A stretch of 64,000 nt of DNA from Somniosus microcephalus (Eukaryota). The notes beneath the pieces were generated by a model that was not told where the DNA came from, did no database searches, and saw only the letters and a program-made list of their open reading frames with translations. Shown piece after piece: positions 12,341-24,060 of the stretch; position 1 is the first letter of the stretch, and every line of letters starts with the position of its first letter. A program made the translations under genes and the position numbers. The stretch covers positions 37,510,001-37,574,000 of the forward strand of contig CM126226.1 in assembly GCA_052327205.1 (NCBI GenBank), in the 5' to 3' direction.

Positions 12341-14259
12341 TGGGAAAGGGTCACTAAAACAGCAAAATGTGTGTCAGACAAGTGTCTGCGCGTGGAATAT
12401 TTACCCACAGGATCCAACCACAGCCACCTTTTTCTGGGTATCTCCTATTGAAAGGTTTGTTGTAGCATGTATCTCAAAAAAGCCCGTGCAGATCTATTAC
12501 TTTATTTTAGTGTGTTTATGAAGTCCATCCCGTGTGACAAATACAGTGGTAAGTGCATTGCACGTAAGTACCAACCGACACTAATACTTCTCTTAAAAGC
12601 ATGTGGTTTAGAAGCAATTTATCTCTAAATATCAGTTCAGAGATCAGTTATTAACAGAGTGAACATGGGCTCCTAATATCAGCAGGCAGCCTTTTTCTTG
12701 GTAAATTGAAAGTTGTGTTTACAGAAATTTACTGTCCTCTTATTTAGTTGGTAAGAACCATTGAAATTTCCATATTTTAGTAATAGTGACAGCACAGTTC
12801 ATAAAGTGTAGTTCTTGACATGTTACATAGTACTGTTCATTTCACAGCTACTAGCACGGGTCTTTACTCTTGTTCTTTAACCATGTACAGTATTGTGTTT
12901 TTATATAAGTATTATTACTCATCTGTCTACCTATCTGTCTATATCTAACTATTGAGATAGAAACCTAGATAGAAATCTTGCGTAGGCCATGCACTTCCTG
13001 TCCACAAACCTTACTTCCTGCTGTTAGGATTTTTGGTCACGCATTTCTGTCGACCATTGCCGATGTAAATTATTGTCAACATTTCCCATTCAATTTTGCT
13101 ATGTCAGCTGTCACAGTTTAATTGCAGGGCCTGGCTACTAGGTGGCTTTGTGGCACGAGTTTTGGAAGTCTCTCTTCCCAGCTCTGTTGTGATCTTTTGA
13201 ATAAAGAAGACTTGTATTCATCCACTGCACATGGGCAATACCACTGGCACTTTGTGTGTGCCTGTCTTTATCCAGTGATCCCTCACATGATGTAAACAAT
13301 GCCAAGGGATGCCAGCTGAACAATATTCAAAAAATATATACAAAAAGAGACAACCATTTGTTATTTTTTTCTGAACTTGTGGTAACCTAACCTTTCCCCA
13401 AAAAGACGAACCAAGTGGTTGCTCAATGCAGAGAAGGTTTGAAGAGCAAGAGCAGTTGTCCTCAGGATGTGTCTATTTGAATCATTTCCTCACAGCGAGT
13501 AGCTAATCAGCGACATTAAAGTGACAGGCCAGGTTAAAGAGAGTTCCACTCTGGTAGCGAACCATCACAACCATTCTCCAGGCCTTGCACGAGCATTGCC
13601 ACAGAAGATCAGCTAGTAATACATAAATACTTCTTCAAGACTGGCGTTTACACCTCAGAATAATTTCTCCTGTTATGGTCGTTACATATTCTGTATTTAT
13701 TTTTGGTTGGAGAACTAATATAACAGTATTAGTAGTACTCTATTATATGGAGTGGCCAAGGCTACAAACTTTCCCACATTCAGCAGGAGACTTGCACATT
13801 AGATCACCTTCTGCCACCTCACTGCCTCAGGATTGCAATCTAATGCATGTAGGGACTGTAAGAATTTGCTGCCATGTAGCTTACTTTCTGTTCCTAGAGA
13901 GTGAGCGAAAGCAATAGAAGGCCTTGGAGGCAAAACTATCCCAGCATTCATCATGGTAGTGAAAGTTCTCGATTAAAACAATAGGCCTTGTATCCCTTCC
14001 TGGGATAACCCCGCAGCTGCAAGGAAAAACATTCACAAATCCCACAGCTAGGTGAGCCGAGAAGGGATTAAGTTAAACATAGGAAGGGGAATGATCGAAA
14101 GAGAAACGAAGAGAATTGCAGGGAAAAGAACTTGACGCAATGCCATGAGACCGCAATGTGACTCGGGTGCACTTCTCGGTATTTTAGCCTTGTTTATGTT
14201 TTTCGCTGCTGTCTCAGATAATGGCTCCCACCTGAAACTCCCACACCCAGGATCTCTCC

Positions 14260-14600
14260 CATACTGTTGGAGGTGCCATCTTTCAGATGAAACGTAAAAC
14301 CGAGGCCCTGTCTGCTCTCTCAGATGGAAGTACAAGATCCCATGGCTCTATTTGAAGAAGAGCAGGGGAGTTATTCCTGGTGTCCTGGCCAATATTTATC
14401 CCTCAAGCAACATCACCAAAACAGATTATCTGGTCATTATCACATTGCTGTTTGTGGGAGCTTGCTCTGCGCAAATTGGCTGCCAAGTTTCCTACATCAC
14501 AATAATGATTACACTTCAAAAAGTACTTCATTGGCTGTAAAGCGCTTTGGGACGTCCGGTGGTCGTGAAAGGCGTTATATAACATGCAAGTCTTTCTTTT
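14260..14600 (+). mobile_element. DeuSINE (SacSINE1/AmnSINE1-like), 5' truncated
   Basis: ggaggtgccatctttcagatgaaacgtaaaaccgaggccc...gaagaagagcagggg...cagattatctggtcattatcac...gcaagtctttcttt. Confidence 0.85.
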
Positions 14601-16229
14601 ATACTAATGCTCTGGGAATGTGCAAGGGTAAGGGCTCATTACTAGCCATCACCACATGTTGAGTATGTGACGTTGGTGTGACCACTTTATCCCCAATGTT
14701 AAACCAGATAGGGGGTGGAACATTCTTAAATTAAGGCTGTGAGCACATGCAAAGCAAGACCCAGTCACGATGTGCACAAGCAGTCCTTTCAGAGATGTGT
14801 ACAGCATTAGAAAACTGGACCTTTTTCTGTCCAATTTTCACTTTGTTTTGAGATACCTTGGTTACCACTGAAAGCACTGGGCTGTTAAAAAAATAATAAT
14901 AAAGCAGCGGTGTTCCTAGGAACAGTGTGTAATGATGCTCACCTTATAACTAAAATCACAGGGCGAGTCATCCAGAGTTACTGCTGCACATCTCCTTGCA
15001 ACCAACTCGAGCAGAGTTAGAATTTAAACAGCTATGCTTATTTGCTGCAATGGCATATTGCCAGCATACACCTTGTCTACAATCGGCAAGAAGGTCAGAT
15101 ATTAAAAGCAGTAGATATTAAAAGCAGTTGATATTAAAAAGTTTGTCTCCTAATATTACACAAGCATGTGCATGTAAGGCACATAAATCCATGCAGTTTT
15201 AAAAATCCGTTAAGTGCATTTGTGTGCACAGCCTCCTGGCTCTAAGGAATCTGTATTCCCATCAGTTGGGAATGGAATCAATACACTGCATAAATAAAGA
15301 TCCAAATTTGCTTATTTCTGTACAGCAAGCAATACTGCTGTTATTTCCCTTCGAACTGGGCAAAAGAAGGAAAATGTATCTTCATTTTTTGTGTCTGTGC
15401 TCAAACTCCTCCCACTTTCTTGTTGGCTCTGATTATGGTGTTTCCTTGCAAGCTTATCTGCCACACAACAATGACATCATCTCTTAATCTGACATTATGC
15501 ATCGGTTTGAATAAAGCTTACAGTGAACTCCTTCACAGCAATCACTCCAGATTAGTTTGCTGAGTGCTTTCCCTTTTCAATCATCATGCTTTGTCATAAG
15601 CAGGGTTTTATATTGTAGCTGGAGTTTAGCAGGGTAAATGTGATTTCAGTGCCCCCTGCCCATTTTAGGTGAGATTGGGTAAATTGCAGAGGCAGCTGTA
15701 GGTGCTTCTCCGGTTCTCTGAAAGGAATGACTCAATGTGCACAAGCACAAAGCGTACCGTAAGGGTTTTTCTTGTTAAGTTTTTTAAATTATTATGACTC
15801 ATTGAAAGTGCTCAGAGAATGCCTCTTGAATAGAGCCTGTACATACAAAACAGGCTTCTGCCTTTCACTCGTGAAGCTTCTAACCCGCAATAATAGAGCA
15901 CAGGCTTGCGTGGGTGTCTTCAATTAACAGCTTTCAGAGCTCTACGTGAAAATATTTCTGAAGCACCTGGTGGAAGCTGGGCTTTACTGAGGGATTCTGC
16001 TGCCAAAACGCCAGAAATTTTTTTCACCTTCCTTTATTGTAAATATTGCATTAGTGAACTTTCTACCTTGGAGAAGAATACTATTATTATGGGTAACCTG
16101 CAGATTAGAGGTGACTTAATATTTATGTCAAGTAGTTTGTGGATATTCTTTCCTTGGTTCCACCCCTCTACAGTGGATGCCTGCTCTTTGTTTCATTTAA
16201 TCCTAAATTATTTCTCTCAAAATAGAGTG

Positions 16230-16625
16230 GAAAGCTCCCCGGATTGATCTGTGGGTAAATGCAGTGCATGGTTAGTGCTCAGCCATACTGACCAGGTGAT
16301 TTCATGTTCCATTCCTGGCCTGTATTGAGTTACTCCACTAGGGCAGCAGTTGGGGTGTTACAGTTGGCCTCGGTGGCCCTACTTTAAAGGGTAAAAGTTA
16401 GCTGGGGGTTCCAGCTGCTGATTTCTGCCCATTCCCTGCTGAAAAGTGCATGTGTATGGGGATCAGGTAAAGACTGGATCAAGCTCCGCTGTTGAATAAT
16501 CCTCCGACACACATGAAGAGTAGCCACTTGGGAGAGTTAGTGAAGGGCTGCAGGCCTTCCTGTGGAACTGCACCCCAGCAAGGACCAGTGTTTTCTGAAG
16601 AGGCACTAATTAGGATGAGGGAGAA
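16230..16625 (+). mobile_element. LF-SINE-like, full length
   Basis: gtgggtaaatgca...gaccagg...cctgctgaaaagtg...cacatgaagagtagccacttggg...gtggaactgcaccccagcaagg. Confidence 0.75.
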
Positions 16626-16724
16626 AAGCCAAAACATGGCCACTTGATAACATGCCATAAAGCTGCAGATTTGGTGCTTTGGAATGGTGCGGTGATTTCA
16701 GGTGTTATCCACAGGCAGGGTAGA

Positions 16725-16943
16725 AAAAAAAAGGACTTGCATTTATATCACAACCTTAGGACGTCCCAAAGCGTTTCACAACCAATGAATTACTGAATTG
16801 TAATCACTGTTGTACTGTAAGAAATGCAGCAGCCAATCCGTGCACAGCAAGGTCCGACAAACAGCAATGTGATAAATGATTAGATAATCTTGTTTTGGTG
16901 ATGTTGGTTGAGGGTCAAATTTTGGCCAGTACACCAGGAGAGC
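16725..16943 (-). mobile_element. DeuSINE 3' half
   Basis: gacttgcatttata...ggacgtcccaaagcg...gatgttggttgaggg. Confidence 0.8.
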
Positions 16944-17003
16944 CGAGTGGCTTGTCGAGGCCATTTCAGAGGGTAGTTAAGAGCCAACCACATTTGCTGT
17001 CAG

Positions 17004-17288
17004 AAGATGCTGGAAAAACTCAGCAGGCCAGGCAACATCCGTGGAGAGAAATAGAGTCAACGTTTCGGGTCAAACCCTTTGTCGAGACTGAAAAAGCACA
17101 GGAAATGAAATAGATTAAAATCTATTTTAATCTATTTCATTTCCTGTGCTTTTTCAGTCTTGACAAAGGGTTTGACCCGAAACGTTGACTCTATTTCTCT
17201 CTCCACGGATGTTGCCTGGCCTGCTGAGTTTTTCCAGCATTTTCTGTTGTTATTTTGGATTTCCAACATCTGCAGTATTTTGCTATCG
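17004..17288. mobile_element. Non-autonomous Penelope-like fold-back insertion with a 15-bp TSD
   Basis: Inverted arms at 17001-17121 and 17124-17246 differ by two substitutions and a 2-nt indel. CACATTTGCTGTCAG is duplicated at 16989-17003 and 17289-17303. Confidence 0.8.
17156..17190 (+). ncRNA. Minimal hammerhead ribozyme motif, U3-A8 core variant
   Basis: AGUC-UUGACAA-A-GGGU-UUG-ACCC-GAAA-CGUU-GACU. Confidence 0.55.
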
Positions 17289-17624
17289 CACATTTGCTGT
17301 CAGTCTGGAGTATAGGCCAGACTGGTTATGGATGGCAGATTTCCTTCCCTAAAGGACATTAGTGAACCAGATGGGTTTTTACGACAATCCGATAGTTTCA
17401 TGGTCACCATTACTGATACGAGCTTTATTTATCCAGAATTATTTAATTAATTGAATTTAAATTCCCCAGCTGCCGTGGTGGGATTTGAACTCACATCTCC
17501 GGATCATAACATAACCACTATGCTTCCGTTCTCCTAATTTCTGACTTAGAAGGAACAAGAGAGGAGCAATGACCACAGTGGTACCAACAAAATAGATGAA
17601 AAACTTCGAGAGGTGAGAGAGGTT

Positions 17625-18130
17625 CCACATCGGAACAGGAGTAGGCTATTTAGCCCCTCAAGCCTATTCCGCCATTGAAATCATGGCTGATCTGTGACTT
17701 AACTCCATATACCTGCCTTTGCCCCTTATCCCTCAGTACCTTTGGTTAACAAAAATCCATCAATCTCAAATTTAAAATTAACAATTGACCTAGCATCAGC
17801 TGCCATTTGCGGAAGAGAGTTCCAAACTTCTACCACCCTGTGTGTGTAGAAGTGTTTCCGAACTTCACTCCTGAAAGGTCTGGCTCTAATTTTAAGGTTA
17901 TGCCCCCTAGTCCTAGACTCCCCAACCAGCGGAAATAGTTTCTCTCTATCTACCCTATCAGTTCCCCTTAATATCTTGAAAACTTCAATCAGACCTCCCC
18001 TTAACCTTCTAAATTCTAGGGAATACAGCCCTAGTTTGTGTAATCTCTCCTTGTAATTTAACCCTTGGAGTCCATGTATCATTCTGGTAAACCTACGCTG
18101 CACTCCCTCAAAGTCCAATATATCCTTCAC
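17625..18130 (-). mobile_element. CR1 LINE 3' fragment
   Basis: ORF 17726-18130: EGVQRRFTRMI...LYSLEFRRLRGGLIEVFKIL...TRGHNLKI...RVVEVWNSLP. Confidence 0.95.
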
Positions 18131-18799
18131 CCATCAGATAGCGCATGTTTCTGTATCCTGTTCAAAAGAATGAGATAGAAGTGTTCGAAGAGCCGAGAAT
18201 ACAGAGACAGTATTCAAGCCTTGGATGGACTTAGGTTTTATAGAGTTATGGCTTACTGTAGAATATGTGTAATACAAAACCAAATAATGGCTCTGTAGCG
18301 TTGTTTGAAAGTGTCAGCCTTTCCCTTTAGTGATGAAAGGACAGGCAGCAATAGAAACAAATTTGAAAACTTGTTTTCTCTTGGACACATTTATCAAAAT
18401 GAAGTCCTGCAGTCCCATGATTCAGCACGCAGAGATCATTTCACAATTGCTGCCTATTCGAGTCACGGCCCTACCAGGCCTTGTCACCGCACTGGTGGTT
18501 TTATGATCTGAAATTGAATAATCACAACCCCTGGCACCCTGATTCTATTCTTGATGCAGGCCAGGTAAAGAATGCATCTCATTAATTCTATTGCTGCAGA
18601 TAGTTTCTGTGGCGGGTCCTGTTTAGTGATTCAGGTCACTGATTCTTCCAGAGGGAGTGCTGTGGATCTGTACAGAGTGTCTCAGCTTTGCACTAGCAAT
18701 CCAGGTGCAACTGTTGCAGTCCTCCGTTGAAGAGACCCTGCTCTCCATAGTCAGGATGCATAATGGAGTATAGTATTTTGAATTTTTAGCAATAGGAAA

Positions 18800-19085
18800 A
18801 GGCCAAAGAAGCCCGTCCCTTCTTGATAGACCTGAACTCCACCCACCCACCTTTTCACCATATCCCTCAAATGCTTCTCTCTTTAAAACACATCTAATTG
18901 CCTCTTGATTGCATTTCTACTGACTACTCCTGTGCTAATTTATTCCATAATTCTATTACCCTTAGGGTGAAAAAATTCCCCCTGATTTCCCTTTACTGCT
19001 CCTAACTTTCAGGTTGTATCCCATGGCAGTTGAACCCCTGACCACAGTGAAGAATTTGCCTGCCCAATTCTGTTAATTATTTCCC
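18800..19085 (-). mobile_element. Degenerate CR1 3' fragment
   Basis: ttattccataattctattacccttagggtgaaaaaattcc... resembles the CR1 'RVV..WN' region in reverse complement. Confidence 0.5.
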
Positions 19086-19182
19086 TTATTTTGCTAAGAC
19101 AGAAACCTTGCTGTAAATATTATTAAAAATCTTCCATCTGCGCACATTTCCTGTCAACAAGTCATGCTGTAATTACAGCCTT

Positions 19183-20303
19183 TCTTAGGCAGTCTCTCTT
19201 AAGCAGTCCCTCGGAACTGAGGATGACTTGCTTCCACATTAAAAATGAGTTCGCAGGTGACTGATGAGTCCAGTGCGGGACCTACAGTCTCTGTCACAGG
19301 TGGGGCAGACAGTGGTTGAAGGGGCGGGTGGGTGGGGTGCTTGGATTGACGTGCGCTCCTTGCGCTTCGCTTCCGCTTGCTCCCGGCAAAGAGACTCGAG
19401 GTGTTCGGCGCCTTCCCGGATGCTTCTCCTCCACTTTGTGCGGCCTTGTGCCAGGGTTTCCCAGGTGTCAGTGGGGATGTTACACTTTTTCAAGGAGGCT
19501 TTGAGGGTGTCCTTGAAGCGTTTCCTCTGCTCCCCTGGGGCTCTCTTGCCGTGCTGGAGCTCTGAGTAGAGCGCTTGTTTTGGGAGTCTCGCATCGGGCA
19601 TGCAGACAATGTGACCCGTCCATCGGAGCTGATTGAGCATGGTCAAAGCCTTGATGCTGGGGATGTTGGCCTGAGCAAGAACACTGACGTTGGTGTGCCT
19701 ATCCTGCCAATGGATTTGCAGGATCTTGCGGAGGCAGCGTTGGTGGTACCTCTCCAGTGCTTTGAGGTGCCTGCTGTACATGGTCCATGTCTCTGAGGCA
19801 TACAGCAGGGCGGGTATCACTGCTGCTCTGTAGACCATGAGCTTAGTGCCGGGTTTGAGGTCCTGGTCTTCAAACACTCTCTTCCTCAGGTGACCGAAGG
19901 CTGCACTGGCACACTGAAGGCGGTGTTGGACTTCGTCGTTGAAGTCTGCCCTTGTTGACAGTAGGCTCCCGAGGTATGGAAAGTGGTCCACGTTGTCCAA
20001 GGCCTTGTAGTGGATTTTGATGATTGGGGGGCAGTACTGTGTGGTGGGGGCAGGCTGGTAGGGGACCTTTGTCTTACGGATGTTTAGTGTAAGGCCCATG
20101 CTCTCGTACGCTTCGGTGAAAGTGTTGACGATGGTTTGGAGTTCGACCTCTGAGTGAGCGTTGTCTGCATACTGTAATTCGACGACAGAGGATGGGACGA
20201 CCTTGGATCTGAGCTGGAGGCGACGGAGGTTGAACAGTTTCCCGTTTGTTCTGTAAATTAGCTCCACTCCAGTGGGGAGCTCACTGAGGGTGAGATGGAG
20301 CAG
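19183..20303 (-). mobile_element. RTE-clade LINE, 5' truncated, with an open 357-aa ORF2 C-terminus
   Basis: ORF 19239-20312: YRTNGKLFNLRRL, ELQYADN (YADD-derived), GLTLNIRKTKV, FPYLGS, LLYASETW, QLRWTGHIVCMPDARLPKQALYSEL, and a C-terminal C2H2 finger CPTC...HLRTH. Confidence 0.95.
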
Positions 20304-20809
20304 CAGAGACACTACAGCACCTCAGTTTGTAATTTCCAACTCCTCAGCCTCTGCCATAGAGAAACTCCCGTCTACTTTTCTGCTTCCCAAATTGCCGTAA
20401 GTTTATCTATTCAACTATAAATAATTAAAAATGGAAGTGTTCTATAAAAATAAGGGCAAAATGTTTGACTTCAAAGTGAGGACAGAACTACACTTGAGAG
20501 CCCAATTATCCCTCACTTCACCTGAAGGCTACACTTGGTCTCGACGACCTGTGTGCTATGGCACAGCGTTCAACCAGTAGGTGTGGATTCTGCTACATGT
20601 ATAAAAAGGCAAACTGCTGTCAATGTGCCTGAAAATATTGCACCAACAAATAACTCTGTAGTATGTGGCTCAAAATCAGCTCACGTTGAGGATTATTCTC
20701 ATCAAACTGTATTATCTGTTGGTCAGGACCATGTGTTGCCACTGTAGGCAGGAGATTATAAACACAAGTTCAACCGAACAGTCTAGCCATCTATATTAAC
20801 GACATCAAT

Positions 20810-20912
20810 TAGGCGAAAACCCCGGGTAGACGTGCAAACGGAGTTTCCACCGATCTTCTGCCAAAGTTATGACGGAAACCCCCCAACCCCACCCCGAGGA
20901 AATTCCTGGCAT
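20810..20912. mobile_element. Possible MITE / DNA-transposon terminal remnant
   Basis: Short CpG-containing segment ending ggaaattcctggc, which looks like a TIR. No partner end is visible. Confidence 0.25.
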
Positions 20913-21289
20913 GAAGTTCTGAAAATGGTGCATCTGCTGTGTCACGCCTGAGTGTTAGACTATTCTGCAGAAAATGTGTGTTGCACAAAACAAAGTATTA
21001 TTAAAAACGCAAATATTTGCAATCTGAGAAACTCGGCAAAGGAAATTGCCAACTGACTCGAGTCAGAATGTTTGTATCCTCTGACTGATCTTAGTAGTTA
21101 CACTTCAAAAAAAAAAAAATTCATTTTGACCTCTGACTTGAGCATTGATTTCAAGCAATTCTACCTTGCGGCCTTTAAGGGACACAGTCCTACACCTTAG
21201 GAACAGAATAATGCTTTTTTTGGTTGCGGCGGGTGGGGTGGGGGGGGCGGTGCTGGTTTAGCATATCTTGATTAGAGAACATAATGCCA

Positions 21290-21530
21290 CTACCAGCTTT
21301 CACACTGGTAGTTTCTGTTACCAGAATTATATCAGCTAATTGGGATCCCATAACCCATCAGTGACGGGGGCCCACCCACATCCACCAGAGGCAAACCCCA
21401 CTGGACGTCACCCCAGAATTTGGAGCTGGAGTGGCAGTCTCCACTCACTGGGGCGGAGTAAAGCAGGGCTTGAACACTACATCTACTGACTCCGAGGCAA
21501 GGTAAGTAATCACTAAAACCAGGGGCTAGT
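21290..21530 (-). mobile_element. Unclassified tRNA-derived SINE-like element
   Basis: Minus strand has ...cttgcctcggagtcagtagatgtagtgttcaagccc (B-box-like) followed by a body unlike the other SINE families here. Confidence 0.3.
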
Positions 21531-21564
21531 CTACTGTATATGTAGACCAGCCACACACATACTC

Positions 21565-22140
21565 TGGCTAGAAAAGCAGGTCAGAGGTTCTGTATTCTGC
21601 GGCGAGTGACTCACCTCCTGATTCCCCAAAGTCCACAAGGCACAAGTCAGGAGTGTGATGGAATACTCGCCACTTGCCTGGATGAGTGCAGCTCAAACAA
21701 TACTCAAGAAGCTTGACACCATCCAGGACAAAGCAGCCCGCTTGATTGGTACCCCATCTTAAACCTTAAACATTCATTTCCTCCACCACTGGAGCAATGT
21801 GGCTGCAGTGTGTACCATCTATGAGATGCACTGCAGTAACTCGCCAAGGCTAATTCGACAGCATCTCCAAAACCCGCGACCTCCACTACCTAGAGGGACA
21901 AGGGCAGCAGGTGCATGTGAACACCATCACTTCCAAGTTCCCCTCCAAGTCAAACACCATCCTGACTTAGAAATATATCGCCGTTCCTTCAATGTCGCTG
22001 GGTCAAAGTCCTGGAACTCCCTATCCTTCACCACACGAACTGCAGCAGTTCAAGAAGATGGCTCAATACCATTAGGGATGGGCAATAAATGCCAGCATTG
22101 CCAGTGACGCCCACATCCCATGAATGAATAAATTAAAACA
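21565..22140 (+). mobile_element. CR1/L2-group LINE 3' fragment (partner of the third SINE family)
   Basis: Encodes KAQVRSVMEYSPLAWMSAA...LKKLDTIQDKAARLIG. Tail gggcaataaatgcc...gacgcccacatcccatgaatgaataa. Confidence 0.85.
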
Positions 22141-22784
22141 AAACACCCTGTAAAAAAAAAAAAAAGTACCATCTCTGAGCGTGAGCACCATATCGTTTTT
22201 AAAAAAATGAATAACTGGGACAGAGAATTGGAATACTGTAGAATGTAAAAGTAATTGAGGCAGCGTGTCTCACTTTTGCTCCCGTGCCAACTAGATGTCA
22301 GTGGTCACAGATTGAACTTGTTGAATTTGGATGCATTTGGGACATTGTGACGTGACACAGGCTTGGCTGAGCCTGCTGTAAGCAAACCCATAAGTGACTC
22401 TAAATGTTGTCATTTTATTCCACTTGAATCAGGCACAAGCCTGCAGCAGGCAAGTGACTTAATGGCTAAATCTAGCCTCAAGAAAGGTCAGATACTGGTG
22501 ATTAATTTGATGTAAGCCTCAGAAGGACTTATAATCAGTGGCATCTGATCATTTTTATAATAGAATATTTTAGTGATAATTGACACGATGAATCAAATTT
22601 ACCAAAACCATTACAGAAATGTATATCAAGTGATTTTTCTTCTTCTGGTTCCGCCCCAGCTTTTCTCTTCCAAAGTAATTTTTTTTCTCCCTTCATGTGC
22701 CTAACCCAGTCGGCAGAGCAGCCAAGACCAGTTCCAAATTATCGTCCCTCAAATTAGCTTTTTGACCTGGTTCCATTTACAGTA

Positions 22785-23000
22785 TCTTCCTTTCCTCTCC
22801 TAAAAGTATTGTCTCTTGCTGGGTCACCTTCCAATACCATCCCTTCGTGGTTAACTCTTGTGTGCGATCAGATAAAGATCGACAAGACAACTCGCCCATA
22901 GAGGGCATCGCAACTGAGTCCAATCCTGCCCTCACCCAACTTTCACACAGTACTTTGGAGTAGGGTCTTCTATTTAAGCAGCAGAGTGCTCCAGCTGGGT
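22785..23000 (-). mobile_element. LF-SINE-like fragment
   Basis: gagggcatcgcaactgagtccaatcctgccctcacccaac. Confidence 0.6.
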
Positions 23001-23824
23001 GTGTTTTTTTTTCAGGAGTGGGGGTTATTGTTAGGATGTGGCTCATCCTGTGCAGTACAGCTCATGCAGGCAGGAGATGGAACAATGGCATTATCAGCAC
23101 AGTGACGGAGGAGTCTCCATTCTGCTTTCTCAGCTTATGTACAATTTGGAGGTGGGAAAATGAAGGATGAGAAGATACAGAAAGCTGAAGAATTGAATCA
23201 TATCTTGTCAGCAAGCCAGGCTCTGAAACACAATGTACCCTGAGTACTGAACACATATTTGATGTCACCTTTCAGATCTGTTTTGCAGAAGATAACCTGT
23301 ATGTGAATTTTTTTGGCACTTAGTTGCTTAGCCTCCTGCTTGACGGTGTGTATTGTATTGTCTGGAGTGTATGATCTGAACAATCTTTGGGTTGGTTGCG
23401 CAGGAGGTGAGAACCTGCAACGCAGGATGCTCAATGTGTGATTAACCAGAGTTTCTTTCATGGTTAATGTTTCTGAATATTAGGTCAGTGTTTTCAGTGA
23501 TCTTTCATTACAGTAAAGGTCTTGATAAGACAGGACTCACATTCTCTTGTTTTCTGTCCTTTTCTAGATGAAGATCCTGTTACTGAGGAGAGTTCCAAAA
23601 ATATGTCAAACTGGGAATTTTAAAAGCTGTCGTGATGTGACCCATTTCGGCAATTTTAAAAAAATGGAAACGAAGGTACTCGATAAATGTTGCATTGCTG
23701 TCAAGACAAATAATTCCAGTTCACTCTGTGGTTACTCAGGTTTTCCCAAGTCCAAAACCAACAGGGCATAGGATAGATGAGGCAGGGAGGTAGGATCATG
23801 GCTTGATCAGGGTTTTGTTTCACC

Positions 23825-24060
23825 AGTTTTCTCCCCTGAAGGCATCGGCTGTTTGCTGGGATCTCCTAAGTGACCATTTTGCACCTATGAACCTAGATAC
23901 TGTAGTGAGTGCCAGCAAGCTATTCAATCTTAAGGGGCACCACAACCACACCCAATCTGTCCTCACTCTACATGCACATGCAAAAACGTCCAGCAGCTCA
24001 GGAGCTGGGAAACCTGCCTGGTTTATTTTTGTAACCCTGACCCGGGACACCAAGGTGAAT
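23825..24060 (-). mobile_element. LF-SINE-like fragment
   Basis: cctgaaggca...aagtgaccatt...gaacctaga...gtgagtgccagcaagctattcaa...tgtcctcac. Confidence 0.65.

Larger units (their letters stand above)
16944..17530 (-). mobile_element. Third-family tRNA SINE, interrupted by a Penelope-like fold-back element
   Basis: Reverse complement of the 41510-41950 family, split at cacatttgctgtcag. Confidence 0.75.
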
